Origin: an uncultured Chloroflexia bacterium
GTDB lineage: Bacteria; Chloroflexota; Limnocylindria; QHBO01
Direction of reading: 5' to 3'
Assembly (NCBI GenBank): GCA_963825525.1
Contig: CAWGTN010000002.1
Location: 736,001-800,000 of the forward strand
DNA: 64,000 bases
Part shown: in pieces, positions 23,349-34,657 of the stretch
Layout: each line of letters starts with the position of its first letter
Position numbering within the stretch: position 1 is the stretch's first letter
The notes under the pieces: model-generated
The model's input: only the letters and a program-made list of their open reading frames with translations
Database searches by the model: none
What the model was told of the DNA's origin: nothing
Translations under genes and position numbers: made by a program

Positions 23349-25454
23349 TCAGGCCTCTTCGCGGGCCTGTCCCAGCGGCAGCACGTTGTCCGGGTACTTG
23401 ATCCGCGAGTGGTACATCCCCAGGAGCTGGCCGACGAACGCGTCCTTGATCTGGCTGATGTTCTTCAGCGTCAGCTCCGCATCGTCCAGCTGGCCGTCTT
23501 CCACCCGCGCGTCGATGATGCGATCGACCATGCCGCGGATGCTCTCCTCGTCCTTTTCGTCGAGCGAGCGCACCGAGGCCTCAACGCCATCGGCGAGCAT
23601 GATGATGGCGGCCTCCCGGGTCTGTGGCTTGGGGCCGGGGTAGCGGTAGGTCCGCTCGTTGACGAGGTCCTCGCGACCGCCCACCTCGCGCAGTGCCTTC
23701 TGGTGGAAGTAGCTCATCACGCTCGTCCCGTGGTGCTGCGGGATGTAGCCGATGACCTGCACCGGGAGCCCGTGCTCGTAGCCGAGGTCGATGCCATCGC
23801 GGATGTGGCCGGCGATGATCCGGGCGCTCGTCTCGGCGTTGAGGTCGTCGTGGATGTTGTGGGCGCCCGCCTGGTTTTCGATGAATGCCAGCGGATTCTT
23901 CATCTTGCCGATGTCGTGGTAGTAGGCCGCCACTCGCGCCAGCAGCGGGTCGGCGCCGATCGTCTCGGCCGCGCGCTCGGCGAGGTTTCCGACCATGACA
24001 CTGTGGTGATAGGTGCCGGGCGTCTCGAGCAGGAGACGGCGAAGCAGCCGGTTCGACGGGTTGGCCAATTCGAGGAGCTGGAAGACCGTCATGATCCCGA
24101 ACACGTTGCCGAGCATCGCGAAGCTGCCGACCGCCAGGATGACCGAGAGGACGGCGTTGACGATGCCCATGCCTCCCAGCTGGACGACGGCGGCGATGTC
24201 GCGCTGCTCGAGGAGGCTGAAGGCGACGACAACGGCAACGTTGGTCGCGGCGAGCGCGGCGAAGACCCGCACAAAGGCGTTGAGTCGCTCGGCACGCGTG
24301 ATCGTCAGCAGCGCCGCGATGCCACCGGCGAGTACATAGACTGCCGGCTCGAGCGCCTCGCGGTTCATCACGCCGGTGAGGACCGCCAGCCCGATGGCCA
24401 TCGCGGCGCCGACCGAGTTCCGCAACAGGATGCCGACGAGCAGGACGCTGGCCGATGCCGGCACCGCGAACGCCCACAGCGTCCGATCGGCCGCAACCCG
24501 GACCGCCAGGGCCGAGACGACCAGGACAAGGAAGAAGAGAAGGACCGATCGGTTGCGGTGCCAGATCTCCGGCTCGAACCGAAGCAGGTAGCCGACCAGC
24601 AGGCCGGCCACCAGCAGGGCGATGAGGGCGTTGCCGACCACGGTTCCCGCCTCGACCCGAGGCCTGGTGAGTCCCAGCTCCTCCAGCTTCTCGATGTCGC
24701 CTTCGGTCAGCCGCTGACCCTCGGCCACGATCATCTCGCCGGCAAGCACCTCGACCGATACGGGCGGAATCGAGGCGCGGGCCTGGTTCCGGGCATCCGC
24801 CGTGAGCTCGTCGCTGATGATCACGTTCGGTTCGACCAGGGACGCCGCCAGATTGCCGGCCAGGGATCGCTCATCCTGGCCGAGGTCATTGGTGATGAGG
24901 TCGCGCACCGAGCTTCGCACCCGGATCACCTCGTCCTCCCTGACCGAGGTGGCCAGGGTCGTCTCGAGTGCCGATCGCGCCGCGCCGGCGACCACGTCCC
25001 AGCGGGGAATCGACATCGCGCCAACGAGATCCCGGTGCCGCACCGCGATCTCGGGCACGTCGCTGGCCAATCGGGTGATGGCCTCCTCGGCCGTGATCGT
25101 CTCCGCGTCCCGCTGCTCGAGAATGCGGGTCACGCGCCGCGCAAGCGAGTCGAACTTGGCGAGTTGGTCCGCCTGGTTGTCGGCCGGCGGCTCGAGGTTC
25201 AGGGTGACGTCCTGCACCGCCGCAGCCGCCGCGTCTCGCTCCGCCTCCGTCTCCGACAAGGAGTCGAACGTCGCATCACGCGGAGCTCGAATGTCACGCT
25301 CGGCCACTTCGCCGGCGACCAGGTTCTCCTGCCCCAGCGTGATGTTCGCCGAGAGAATGAGGAACAGGGAGGCTGCGACGATCGCGGCGACCGCCAAGGC
25401 GCGCCACACCGTGGAGCTGCCACCGGTGTCGCTGAGGGTGCGTGGAATGAACAC
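23349..25454 (-). CDS. 7TM-HD (HDIG) membrane phosphohydrolase, PgpH/YqfF-like (candidate c-di-AMP phosphodiesterase)
   Basis: N-terminal TM, extracellular domain, multi-TM region, PGTYHHS, YYHDIGK, QHHGT, RYPGPKPQ, MLADGVEA; conserved position before ybeY. Confidence 0.9.
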   Translation of the reverse strand: MFIPRTLSDTGGSSTVWRALAVAAIVAASLFLILSANITLGQENLVAGEVAERDIRAPRDATFDSLSETEAERDAAAAAVQDVTLNLEPPADNQADQLAKFDSLARRVTRILEQRDAETITAEEAITRLASDVPEIAVRHRDLVGAMSIPRWDVVAGAARSALETTLATSVREDEVIRVRSSVRDLITNDLGQDERSLAGNLAASLVEPNVIISDELTADARNQARASIPPVSVEVLAGEMIVAEGQRLTEGDIEKLEELGLTRPRVEAGTVVGNALIALLVAGLLVGYLLRFEPEIWHRNRSVLLFFLVLVVSALAVRVAADRTLWAFAVPASASVLLVGILLRNSVGAAMAIGLAVLTGVMNREALEPAVYVLAGGIAALLTITRAERLNAFVRVFAALAATNVAVVVAFSLLEQRDIAAVVQLGGMGIVNAVLSVILAVGSFAMLGNVFGIMTVFQLLELANPSNRLLRRLLLETPGTYHHSVMVGNLAERAAETIGADPLLARVAAYYHDIGKMKNPLAFIENQAGAHNIHDDLNAETSARIIAGHIRDGIDLGYEHGLPVQVIGYIPQHHGTSVMSYFHQKALREVGGREDLVNERTYRYPGPKPQTREAAIIMLADGVEASVRSLDEKDEESIRGMVDRIIDARVEDGQLDDAELTLKNISQIKDAFVGQLLGMYHSRIKYPDNVLPLGQAREEA

Positions 25455-25457
25455 GGG

Positions 25458-25928
25458 CTAGCCGACCAACAGCCGGCGCACGACCTCGCTCACGACGCGC
25501 CCGTCGGCCCGACCGCGCGTCTGCGGCGATATGCGGCCCATGACCCGTCCGAGGTCGCCGGGCGCCGTGGCGCCGGTCTCGGCGATGGCCTGCCGGACCA
25601 TGGCCTCGATCTCATCCTCGCTCAGCTGCTCGGGGAGGAACTCGGCGAGGATCCTTGCCTCGGCCTCCTCGGCGGCGGCACGCTCCTCTCGTCCGGCATC
25701 GCGAAACATGGCGATACTCTCGCGGCGCTGCTTCACCTGCTTCGTCAGGACGTCGACGACCTCGTCATCGGTGAGTTCCCGACGAAGCGCAATCCGCTGA
25801 TTCTGGGCAGCGGCCATCGCCATGCGGAGCGTCTGGGTCCGCTGCTCGTCGCGGGCGCGCATGGCATCCCGCATGGCGGACTCGATGCGACCGGAGAGGG
25901 TCGCGACTGCATCGGCGTCCGGCGTCAT
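25458..25928 (-). CDS. GatB/YqeY domain protein
   Basis: AMRARD..TLRM, KQVKQRRESI, EFLPEQLS, GRVMG, GRADG. Confidence 0.92.
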   Translation of the reverse strand: MTPDADAVATLSGRIESAMRDAMRARDEQRTQTLRMAMAAAQNQRIALRRELTDDEVVDVLTKQVKQRRESIAMFRDAGREERAAAEEAEARILAEFLPEQLSEDEIEAMVRQAIAETGATAPGDLGRVMGRISPQTRGRADGRVVSEVVRRLLVG

Positions 25929-25983
25929 CGGTCTCGAGGTCCTCCTTGCGCCGGAGCTATGGTCTGGGGCGGGCGTCTGGCGA

Positions 25984-26163
25984 CTAGGCGCGCGAGGTTA
26001 CCTTTCGCTTCTTGGCTTCCTTGCGCTTTCGCTTCACGCTGGGCTTCTCGTAGTGCTCGCGGCGTCGTGCCTCAGCCAGAATTCCCGATTGCTGGATCTT
26101 CTTGTTGAAACGACGCAGCGCGCTTTCGAACGTCTCGTTCTCGCCCACGCGGACTTCTGCCAA
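25984..26163 (-). CDS. rpsU: 30S ribosomal protein S21
   Basis: [13 protein letters not shown]...[16 protein letters not shown]; TTG start with AAGGAGG SD. Confidence 0.96.
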   Translation of the reverse strand: MAEVRVGENETFESALRRFNKKIQQSGILAEARRREHYEKPSVKRKRKEAKKRKVTSRA

Positions 26164-26242
26164 ACGTCTCGCCTCCTTCCTGCTTCGATAGTCGTGCCGA
26201 TTGCATGACGGGACGACCCCGCCGGGCACGCAAGCGGTCCGC

Positions 26243-26271
26243 AGCGTACCAGCGAGGCCGATGAGGGTCAA
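26243..26271 (-). promoter_or_regulatory. Sigma-70-type promoter for rpsU: TTGACC-N17-TACGCT
   Basis: Near-consensus -35 and -10 with 17-bp spacer and an extended -10 TG. Confidence 0.7.
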
Positions 26272-26300
26272 TCGGGCACGGCCGCTCCCGATGGCCGCGA

Positions 26301-26651
26301 TCAGCCGGGCGGCCAGCTCATGGCACGCCCGGCGAGCAGGTGGAAGTGGAGATGGAACACGCTCTGCCCGGCTCCCGCTCCGACATTGGTGACGATCCGG
26401 TAGTCGTGCAGGCCGGCGTCCTGCGCCACGGTCCGCAGCGCGCCGAACAGGGCGCCGATAAGCTCGGTGTCGTCGTCGGTCAGATCAGCAGCCGACGGCA
26501 CGTGGACGCGCGGAATGGCGAGGACGTGCGTCGGCGCCTGCGGGTTGACGTCACGGAAGACGATGATGCGGTCGTCCTCGAGAAGCCGATCCGACGGGAT
26601 CTCGCCCGCCACGATTCGGCAGAAGAGGCAGTTCGGGTCGCGTTCGGTCAT
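26301..26651 (-). CDS. Histidine triad (HIT/Hint) nucleotide-binding protein
   Basis: [35 protein letters not shown]...WPPG. Confidence 0.95.
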   Translation of the reverse strand: MTERDPNCLFCRIVAGEIPSDRLLEDDRIIVFRDVNPQAPTHVLAIPRVHVPSAADLTDDDTELIGALFGALRTVAQDAGLHDYRIVTNVGAGAGQSVFHLHFHLLAGRAMSWPPG

Positions 26652-26661
26652 GGACATGAGG

Positions 26662-27352
26662 CTAGGCGAAATCGCCGGTCCGCGACAGGATCACCGCGCC
26701 GGCCGCCACGGCGACGGTCTGCGAGCGAAGGATCCGTGGGCCGAGTCCAGCCACCACGACTCCGGCGGCGCGAGCCGCCGCCACCTCGGCATCGGTCCAG
26801 CCGCCCTCGGGGCCGACGATCACGGTGGCTGGCCGATCCACCTCGATCAGCCTGATTTCGCCCTGGCGCTCGTGGAGCAGGACGGCGCCGCGCGACAGGG
26901 ACTCCGTCAGCGCCACGGGTGACTCCACCGCCGGGACGATCCCCCGCTCCGATTGCTCCGCCGCCTCGCGCGCGATCGATCGCAGGCGCTCGAGCTTTCG
27001 ATCCGAGATCTCGCGGGCCACGCATCGCTCCGCGACCACCAACCGAAATGCAGCGATCCCGATCTCGGTGCCGTGCTGGATGACGTCCTCGAGCGCGTCG
27101 CCCTTGAGAAGGGCCTGCGCGACGGTCAGACGGTGCGTCGGCTTCGCCTCGGGTCGGCCGTCGATCGACGATGACGCAGTCGGTTCCCCGGAGCTCGCAC
27201 TCGGCCTCCATGCCATCGCCGCTGAGCAGCACGATCCGAGCACCGTCCCGCAGCCGGAGGACGCCACGTACCTGGCGCTCGATGGACGCCGGCACCGGAA
27301 ACCGATCCCCGATCAGGGCATCGGCCGCGACGAAGAAGCGGTGCGTCGTCAT
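26662..27352 (-). CDS. rsmE: 16S rRNA m3U1498 methyltransferase, broken by a +1 insertion near 27143
   Basis: N-part MTTHRFFV...VLRLRDG; C-part KGDALE..TEIG, EAAEQSER, VGPEGGW, LGPRILR. Span 691 nt = 3n+1. Confidence 0.9.
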
Positions 27353-28259
27353 GAGGCGTGCTCCAGCCGCAGGCTGACCCACTCGCCATCGTCCCGCCGC
27401 GCGGCGACGCGAAGTCCGGCGGCGCGCATGGCATCGATCACCTCGGGGCCGCGTGGCTCGATGATGCCGCTGGCAAGCAGCGTCCCGCGTCGTTCCGAGG
27501 TGGGCTGCCAGCCGAGGTGCGAGATCGATCAGCACCGCCGCCACCAGGTTGGCGACAGATCAGCTCGTACGGTCCGCCGCGCTCGTCGAGCGAGCCCTGC
27601 CGCACCTCGATCGCATCGGCCAGGCCGTTGCGGCTCGCATTCTCCCGGGTGGAATCCACGGCCAGCGGATCAGTGTCGAGGGCAAGCGCGTGCTCCGCTC
27701 CGAGCTTCAGGGCAGCCAGCGCAAGCACGCCTGATCCGCACCCCACGTCCAGGATGTCGGCAGGCATCGGCGAGACATCCTGCAGGAGCTCGAGGCAGCC
27801 GCGGGTCGTGGGATGAAGGCCGGTGCCGAAGGCCATGCCCGGATCGAGCACGATGACGGCGTCCGCCGGATCAGGATCCTCGGCCGGGCTCCACGACGGC
27901 CTGATCACGACGCGCCCGATGCGCTGAGGCACGTAGTGTGCCTTCCAGGCGTCGGACCACTCGGCGTCGTCCACGCGGCGGACGCCCAGGGCTCCGAGCG
28001 GTCGCAGGTCGAACGCCCGGAGGTGCCACAGAGCGCGCTCCGTGGCATCGATGGCGGCCGCGGCATCAGGCCCATCGGCAAGGTGGGCGGTCACCACGAA
28101 GCCCGCGTCGGGATCGGCACGAGCGGACAGCTCATCATCGGGGTCGCGGATCAGGCGAGTCGGATGGACCGCCGTGCCGTTTGCCACGCGCCCGAGAATC
28201 TCGGAGACGGCCTCCACGGCCTCGACGTCCGCTTCGACGGTGAGCTCGAGCCAGCGCAT
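27349..28259 (-). CDS. prmA: Ribosomal protein L11 methyltransferase, broken by two +1 shifts (near 27557 and 27490)
   Basis: DPGMAFGTGLHPTT, LDVGCGSGVL; corrected frames give LIVANLVA and GTLLASGII...GEWVSL, ending in an ATGA overlap with rsmE. Span 911 nt = 3n+2. Confidence 0.9.
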
Positions 28260-28270
28260 CGGCTGCGTGC

Positions 28271-29398
28271 TCAGCCGAACATGTCGCGCAGTCGGTCGAT
28301 GACGGAGCCGCTGCTCTTCGGCACCACAGGAGGCCCGCTGACCTCGCTCAGCTCCTGGAGCAGCTCTCGCTCACGCTTCCCGAGCTTCGCCGGCACCACG
28401 ACATTGACGATGACGTGCAGGTCGCCGCGGCCGGCGCCGCGCAGGCGGGGAACGCCCTTGCCGCGCAGGCGGATCTCGCGGCCGGACTGTGATCCGGCCG
28501 GGACTTCGACTTCCTCGCTGCCCTCCACGGTCGGAACCGACAGCGTTGCGCCCAGTGCGGCCTGTGGAAATGTGACGGCAAGCTCGTGGAACAGCTCGGT
28601 CCCGCGGCGCAGCAGCTCCGGGTGGGGACGCACGCTCACCGCCACGTACAGGTCGCCGCTCGGGCCGCCACGCGGGCCCGCCTCTCCCTCCCCTTCAAGC
28701 GCAATGCGCTGGCCGTCGTCGATGCCGGCCGGGATGTTGACGGTGACCGTTCGATCCTCGCGGGTCCGACCGTCACCGTTGCAGATCCCACATGGCGTGG
28801 TGATCACCGTGCCCTCGCCATGGCAGCGCGGACAGGCCACGATGTTCACCATCTGCCCCAGGATCGTCTGGGCCACTCGCCGCTTCTCGCCGCTCCCGTT
28901 GCACTCCGGGCAGGTCTCGGGCTCGGTGCCCGGTTCGCCGCCCACCCCGTCGCAGCGCGAACAGGTCACCAGGGTCGGAAAGCTGATCTCCTTGGTGATA
29001 CCGAAGACGGCCTCCTCGAAGTCGATCGCCAGGTCGTATCGCAGGTCGGCGCCGGCCACGACCCTCGTCCGACGGCGTGTCCCGGCCGGAGCCCCACCGA
29101 AGAACGCGTCGAAGATGTCGCCGAACGGCCCGAATCCACCTCCGAAGCCCTCGAAACCGCCGGCGGCGGCACCCTCGACTCCGGCGTGGCCGAACATGTC
29201 GTACGACGAGCGACGCTGCCGATCCGACAGCACCCGGTACGCCTCATTCAGCTCCTTGAATCGGTCCTCCGCGCCGTCGTTCTTGTCGACGTCGGGGTGA
29301 TGCTGCTGGGCGAGGCGACGGAATGCCCGCTTGATCTCGGCATCGTCGGCGTCTCGGGCGACCCCGAGCACCTCGTAGTAGTCACGTTTCACGGCCAT
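28271..29398 (-). CDS. dnaJ: Chaperone DnaJ
   Basis: KRDYYEVLGV, HPD, G/F-rich region, four CxxCxGxG repeats, C-terminal domain. Confidence 0.97.
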   Translation of the reverse strand: MAVKRDYYEVLGVARDADDAEIKRAFRRLAQQHHPDVDKNDGAEDRFKELNEAYRVLSDRQRRSSYDMFGHAGVEGAAAGGFEGFGGGFGPFGDIFDAFFGGAPAGTRRRTRVVAGADLRYDLAIDFEEAVFGITKEISFPTLVTCSRCDGVGGEPGTEPETCPECNGSGEKRRVAQTILGQMVNIVACPRCHGEGTVITTPCGICNGDGRTREDRTVTVNIPAGIDDGQRIALEGEGEAGPRGGPSGDLYVAVSVRPHPELLRRGTELFHELAVTFPQAALGATLSVPTVEGSEEVEVPAGSQSGREIRLRGKGVPRLRGAGRGDLHVIVNVVVPAKLGKRERELLQELSEVSGPPVVPKSSGSVIDRLRDMFG

Positions 29399-29417
29399 GG
29401 CGCGCCGATCATACCAA

Positions 29418-29444
29418 CTGGCACTCAACATCGGCGAGTGCCAG
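29418..29444. promoter_or_regulatory. CIRCE element (HrcA operator) at the dnaJ promoter
   Basis: CTGGCACTC-N9-GAGTGCCAG, matching TTAGCACTC-N9-GAGTGCTAA; lies just upstream of the dnaJ -10 TATGAT (29408-29413). Confidence 0.85.
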
Positions 29445-29491
29445 AATCTGGGCCGCCGCCGCGTGCCTGCGCAGCCCGCTACGATCCGCGG

Positions 29492-30742
29492 ATGCCCGCC
29501 ATCGCCATCTCCGCCGACCACGCACGCCGGTTCCTCGTGCTCCGGCACCTCCTGGCTCCGCCTCGGGCCCTGCCTCCGGATGCCGAATCGGTGATGACCG
29601 TGATCGGTCGACTCGGCCTCCTGCAGTTCGACCCGCTCGAGGTGCCCGGTGCACGCAACCACGACCTGGTGCTCCACGCCCGTATCGCCGGCTATCGTCG
29701 CGAGTGGTGTGAGCAGCATCTCTATGGGCCGGACCGACGGCTGATCGAGCTCTACAACAAGAGCCTCAACCTCGTGCCGATCGACGAGCTGCCCCGCTAC
29801 CGCGTGACGTGGGACCGGAACCGCGCCGAGGTCGAGGCCGGGATCCTGACCGAGCAGGCACACGTGTCGAGTGCAATCCTCGAGCGCCTGGCCGCCGACG
29901 GGCCGCTCACCACCGCGGCATTCGCCGAGCACGCGCACGCCGTCGACTGGTGGTGGGCTCCGACCCGCGCCAGCCGTGCCGTGATGGAGGCGCTCTTCGT
30001 CACCGGCCGCATCGGCATCGCACGACGCGAGGGAAATCGGCGCCACTACGACCTCATCGAACGCATCGTCCCGGCTGACCTGCTCGAGCGGCGGGAGGGC
30101 GACGAAGCCGGCATGACGCATCGGCTCCTCAGCCGTTTCCGCGCAACGGGCATGACCACGCCGACGGGGACGCAGGCCGAGGTGATGTACAGCGCCGGCT
30201 CATCGCCCGATCGGGTTCGCCGCACCGCCGAGCTGGTTGATCGCGGCGTGCTCGCCCCGGTGCAGGTCGAGGGACTGAAGGGCGACCGCTACGTGATGGC
30301 CGATGAGCTGCCGATCCTTGCCCATGCGCAGGGACCCGCCAGCATCGGCGATCCGTCCGTGGCGTTCCTGGCGCCGCTGGACCCGATCGTCTGGGATCGT
30401 CGCCTCCTCCGCGAGCTGTGGGGCTTCGACTACCTGTGGGAGGTCTACGTCCCGGAGAAGAAGCGACGCTGGGGCTACTACGTGCTCCCCATCCTGTTCG
30501 GGAACCGGCTCGTCGGCCGCATCGAGCCGCGGATCGACCGAAAGGCCGGGGTGCTCCGCATCCTTGCCATCTGGTTCGAGGACTCGTTTGCGCCGATGGA
30601 GTCGGCGGGCTTCATCCCCGCGCTGGCTGACGCCATCGAAGCCTATCGCCTCTTCGTCGGAGCGACGCGGGTCAGCTGGGCGCGAACGCGCACCTCACGC
30701 GAGATATCCGCCGCCCTGCGCGGACAGCGCCGTGGCTCCTGA
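29492..30742 (+). CDS. YcaQ/AlkZ-family (HTH_42) winged-helix DNA glycosylase, interstrand crosslink repair
   Basis: LLQFDPL (QxD motif), FLAPLDPIVWDR, GFDYLWEVYVPEKKRRWGYYVLPIL...VGRIE. Confidence 0.88.
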   Translation: MPAIAISADHARRFLVLRHLLAPPRALPPDAESVMTVIGRLGLLQFDPLEVPGARNHDLVLHARIAGYRREWCEQHLYGPDRRLIELYNKSLNLVPIDELPRYRVTWDRNRAEVEAGILTEQAHVSSAILERLAADGPLTTAAFAEHAHAVDWWWAPTRASRAVMEALFVTGRIGIARREGNRRHYDLIERIVPADLLERREGDEAGMTHRLLSRFRATGMTTPTGTQAEVMYSAGSSPDRVRRTAELVDRGVLAPVQVEGLKGDRYVMADELPILAHAQGPASIGDPSVAFLAPLDPIVWDRRLLRELWGFDYLWEVYVPEKKRRWGYYVLPILFGNRLVGRIEPRIDRKAGVLRILAIWFEDSFAPMESAGFIPALADAIEAYRLFVGATRVSWARTRTSREISAALRGQRRGS

Positions 30743-30757
30743 CCCCATCACGACCAA

Positions 30758-31549
30758 TCAGGCTCGTTCGGCGAAGTCGACGATGATCGGGGCGTGGTCG
30801 GAAGGGATGCCCGGGTAGGTCGATGGCTTGCGTGCGTCGCGGTCTCGCTCGGCGGCAATGGCCCGCGCGGCCAGCGGCTCGGAGACGTACACGTGGTCGA
30901 TCCGCATGCCGAAGTTCTTGTGGAAATGGCCGGCGCGGTAATCCCACCAGCTGAAGAATCCGGATTCGGGATGGAATCGGCGCACGACGTCGACCATCCC
31001 CCATTCACGCAGCCTTGCCACCGCCGCCCGCTCTCGAGGGGAGACGTGGGTCGCACCATGGACGGCGTTCTCGTCCCACACGTCAATGTCCTCCGGCGCC
31101 ACGTTGTAATCGCCGCAGATCGCGATCTCGGTCGACGGCTCATGGCCGTTCAGCCAGGCCGACAGGCGAGCCAGCCACTCGAGCTTCTCGAGGTAGAACT
31201 CCGAGTCGACAACGCGTCCGTTCGGCACATAGACGTTCGCCACGCGCACGCCACCGCACGTGGCAGCCAGGAAGCGGCCGCCGTCATCGGCCCAGCCGTC
31301 AGGGGACGGAATTCCGGCGACGACGTCGTCGATCCCGACCCGTGACACGATCGCGACCCCATTCCAGCGCCCCGGACCGTGATGGACGACCTCGTATCCC
31401 AGGGCGCCGAAGTCCAACATCGGCACCTGCGCATCCGACAGCTTCGTCTCCTGCATGCACAGGATGTCGGGCTGCATGCGCTCGACCCACGCCAGGACGC
31501 GGTCGAGGCGTGCCTTGAGCGAGTTCACATTCCAGGTGGCGAGTCGCAT
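30758..31549 (-). CDS. xth: Exodeoxyribonuclease III / AP endonuclease
   Basis: ATWNVNS, CMQETK, WNGVAI, YVPNG, GDYNVAP, SWWDYR, RIDH, SDHAPI. Confidence 0.95.
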   Translation of the reverse strand: MRLATWNVNSLKARLDRVLAWVERMQPDILCMQETKLSDAQVPMLDFGALGYEVVHHGPGRWNGVAIVSRVGIDDVVAGIPSPDGWADDGGRFLAATCGGVRVANVYVPNGRVVDSEFYLEKLEWLARLSAWLNGHEPSTEIAICGDYNVAPEDIDVWDENAVHGATHVSPRERAAVARLREWGMVDVVRRFHPESGFFSWWDYRAGHFHKNFGMRIDHVYVSEPLAARAIAAERDRDARKPSTYPGIPSDHAPIIVDFAERA

Positions 31550-31640
31550 GCGGAGAGCGTAGCGGAGCCCGCCGCACCCAGCAGGCCATACACTTCGGCG
31601 TGGGGCTCCGGCCGGACGCCCCGAATTGGAGGAACAGCCC

Positions 31641-32045
31641 ATGGCTCGCGAGTTTCGCGAATTCCTGATGCGCGGCAACGTCGTCGACCTGGCGGTTGCC
31701 GTCGTCATCGGCGCCGCGTTCGGCACCGTGGTCGCGTCGTTCGTGGCCGATATCCTGACGCCCCTGCTCGGGCTGATCGGTGTTCCAGACTTCGCGGCCG
31801 CTTCGTTCACCATCGGGGACGATGCCGAGGTCCGCTACGGCCTCTTCCTGAACGCGCTCATCGCATTCATCCTCGTTGCCGCCGCCATCTTCTTCTTCGT
31901 GGTCAAGCCGATGAACACGCTCGAGGCACGACGTCAGGCGGGAGCCGAGGTCACACCCACCACCAAGCCGTGCCCGTATTGCGCGAGCGAGATCGCCCTC
32001 ATGGCCACCCGCTGCCCGATGTGCACGAGCGAGCTCACCACCTAG
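31641..32045 (+). CDS. mscL: Large-conductance mechanosensitive channel with C-terminal CxxC...CxxC ribbon
   Basis: EFREFLMRGNVVDLAVAVVIGAAF, YGLFLNALIAF; GGAGG SD. Confidence 0.95.
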   Translation: MAREFREFLMRGNVVDLAVAVVIGAAFGTVVASFVADILTPLLGLIGVPDFAAASFTIGDDAEVRYGLFLNALIAFILVAAAIFFFVVKPMNTLEARRQAGAEVTPTTKPCPYCASEIALMATRCPMCTSELTT

Positions 32046-32078
32046 CTCCGCGGGCATGGCCGGCCAACCCACGCAATA

Positions 32079-32101
32079 GGGCCGGGCATCTCGCCCGGCC
32101 C
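32079..32101 (-). terminator. Hairpin terminator between convergent dnaK and mscL
   Basis: GGGCCGGGC-N5-GCCCGGCCC perfect 9-bp stem, followed by TATT on the minus strand. Confidence 0.6.
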
Positions 32102-32124
32102 CATGTGTCGCAGCGGCGCGAGGG

Positions 32125-34065
<1,941 letters not shown>

Positions 34066-34072
34066 GGGTCGT

Positions 34073-34657
34073 TCAGTGCTCCTTCGGGTTGTTCGCCACT
34101 CGGACGAGACTCGGCCGGATGATCCGGTCGTGCAGGCGGTATCCGCGCTGCAGCTCGCCGATCACTTGGTTATCGGGGTAGTCGGCGGTGTCCTCGTGGA
34201 CGACCGCCTCGTGGATGTTCGGATCGAACGGCTCGCCGACCGCTTCGATCGGGGTCACACCCTCGGACTCGAGGACACCGCGCAGCTTTCGCTCGGTGAG
34301 CTGGACGCCCTCGATCCACGGATCGTGGGCTTCGGCGGGCACGTTCTCGAGTGCTCGGTCGAAGTCGTCGAGGACGCTCAGCAGCTTGCCGATGAGGATG
34401 GCATTGCTGAACTGCGTCAGCGTCGCCCGCTCCTCGTCCGTTCGTCGCTTGTAATTCGCGAAGTCGGCCGCGGATCGATGCCAGTTGTTCTGGTGCTCCG
34501 CATCGCTGCGGCGCACCTCCTCCAGCTCGCGTTCGAGCAGCTCGATGCGCTCGGCAAGCTCGAGCCGCGTGGGGGCCGCGATGGCCTCCGCGCGCTCCTC
34601 GCCGCGGGTCTTCGCGCCGCGGGCACGGTGCCCGCCGTTCGTGGGTTGATCGGTCAT
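34073..34657 (-). CDS. grpE: Nucleotide exchange factor GrpE
   Basis: [34 protein letters not shown]. Confidence 0.96.
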   Translation of the reverse strand: MTDQPTNGGHRARGAKTRGEERAEAIAAPTRLELAERIELLERELEEVRRSDAEHQNNWHRSAADFANYKRRTDEERATLTQFSNAILIGKLLSVLDDFDRALENVPAEAHDPWIEGVQLTERKLRGVLESEGVTPIEAVGEPFDPNIHEAVVHEDTADYPDNQVIGELQRGYRLHDRIIRPSLVRVANNPKEH

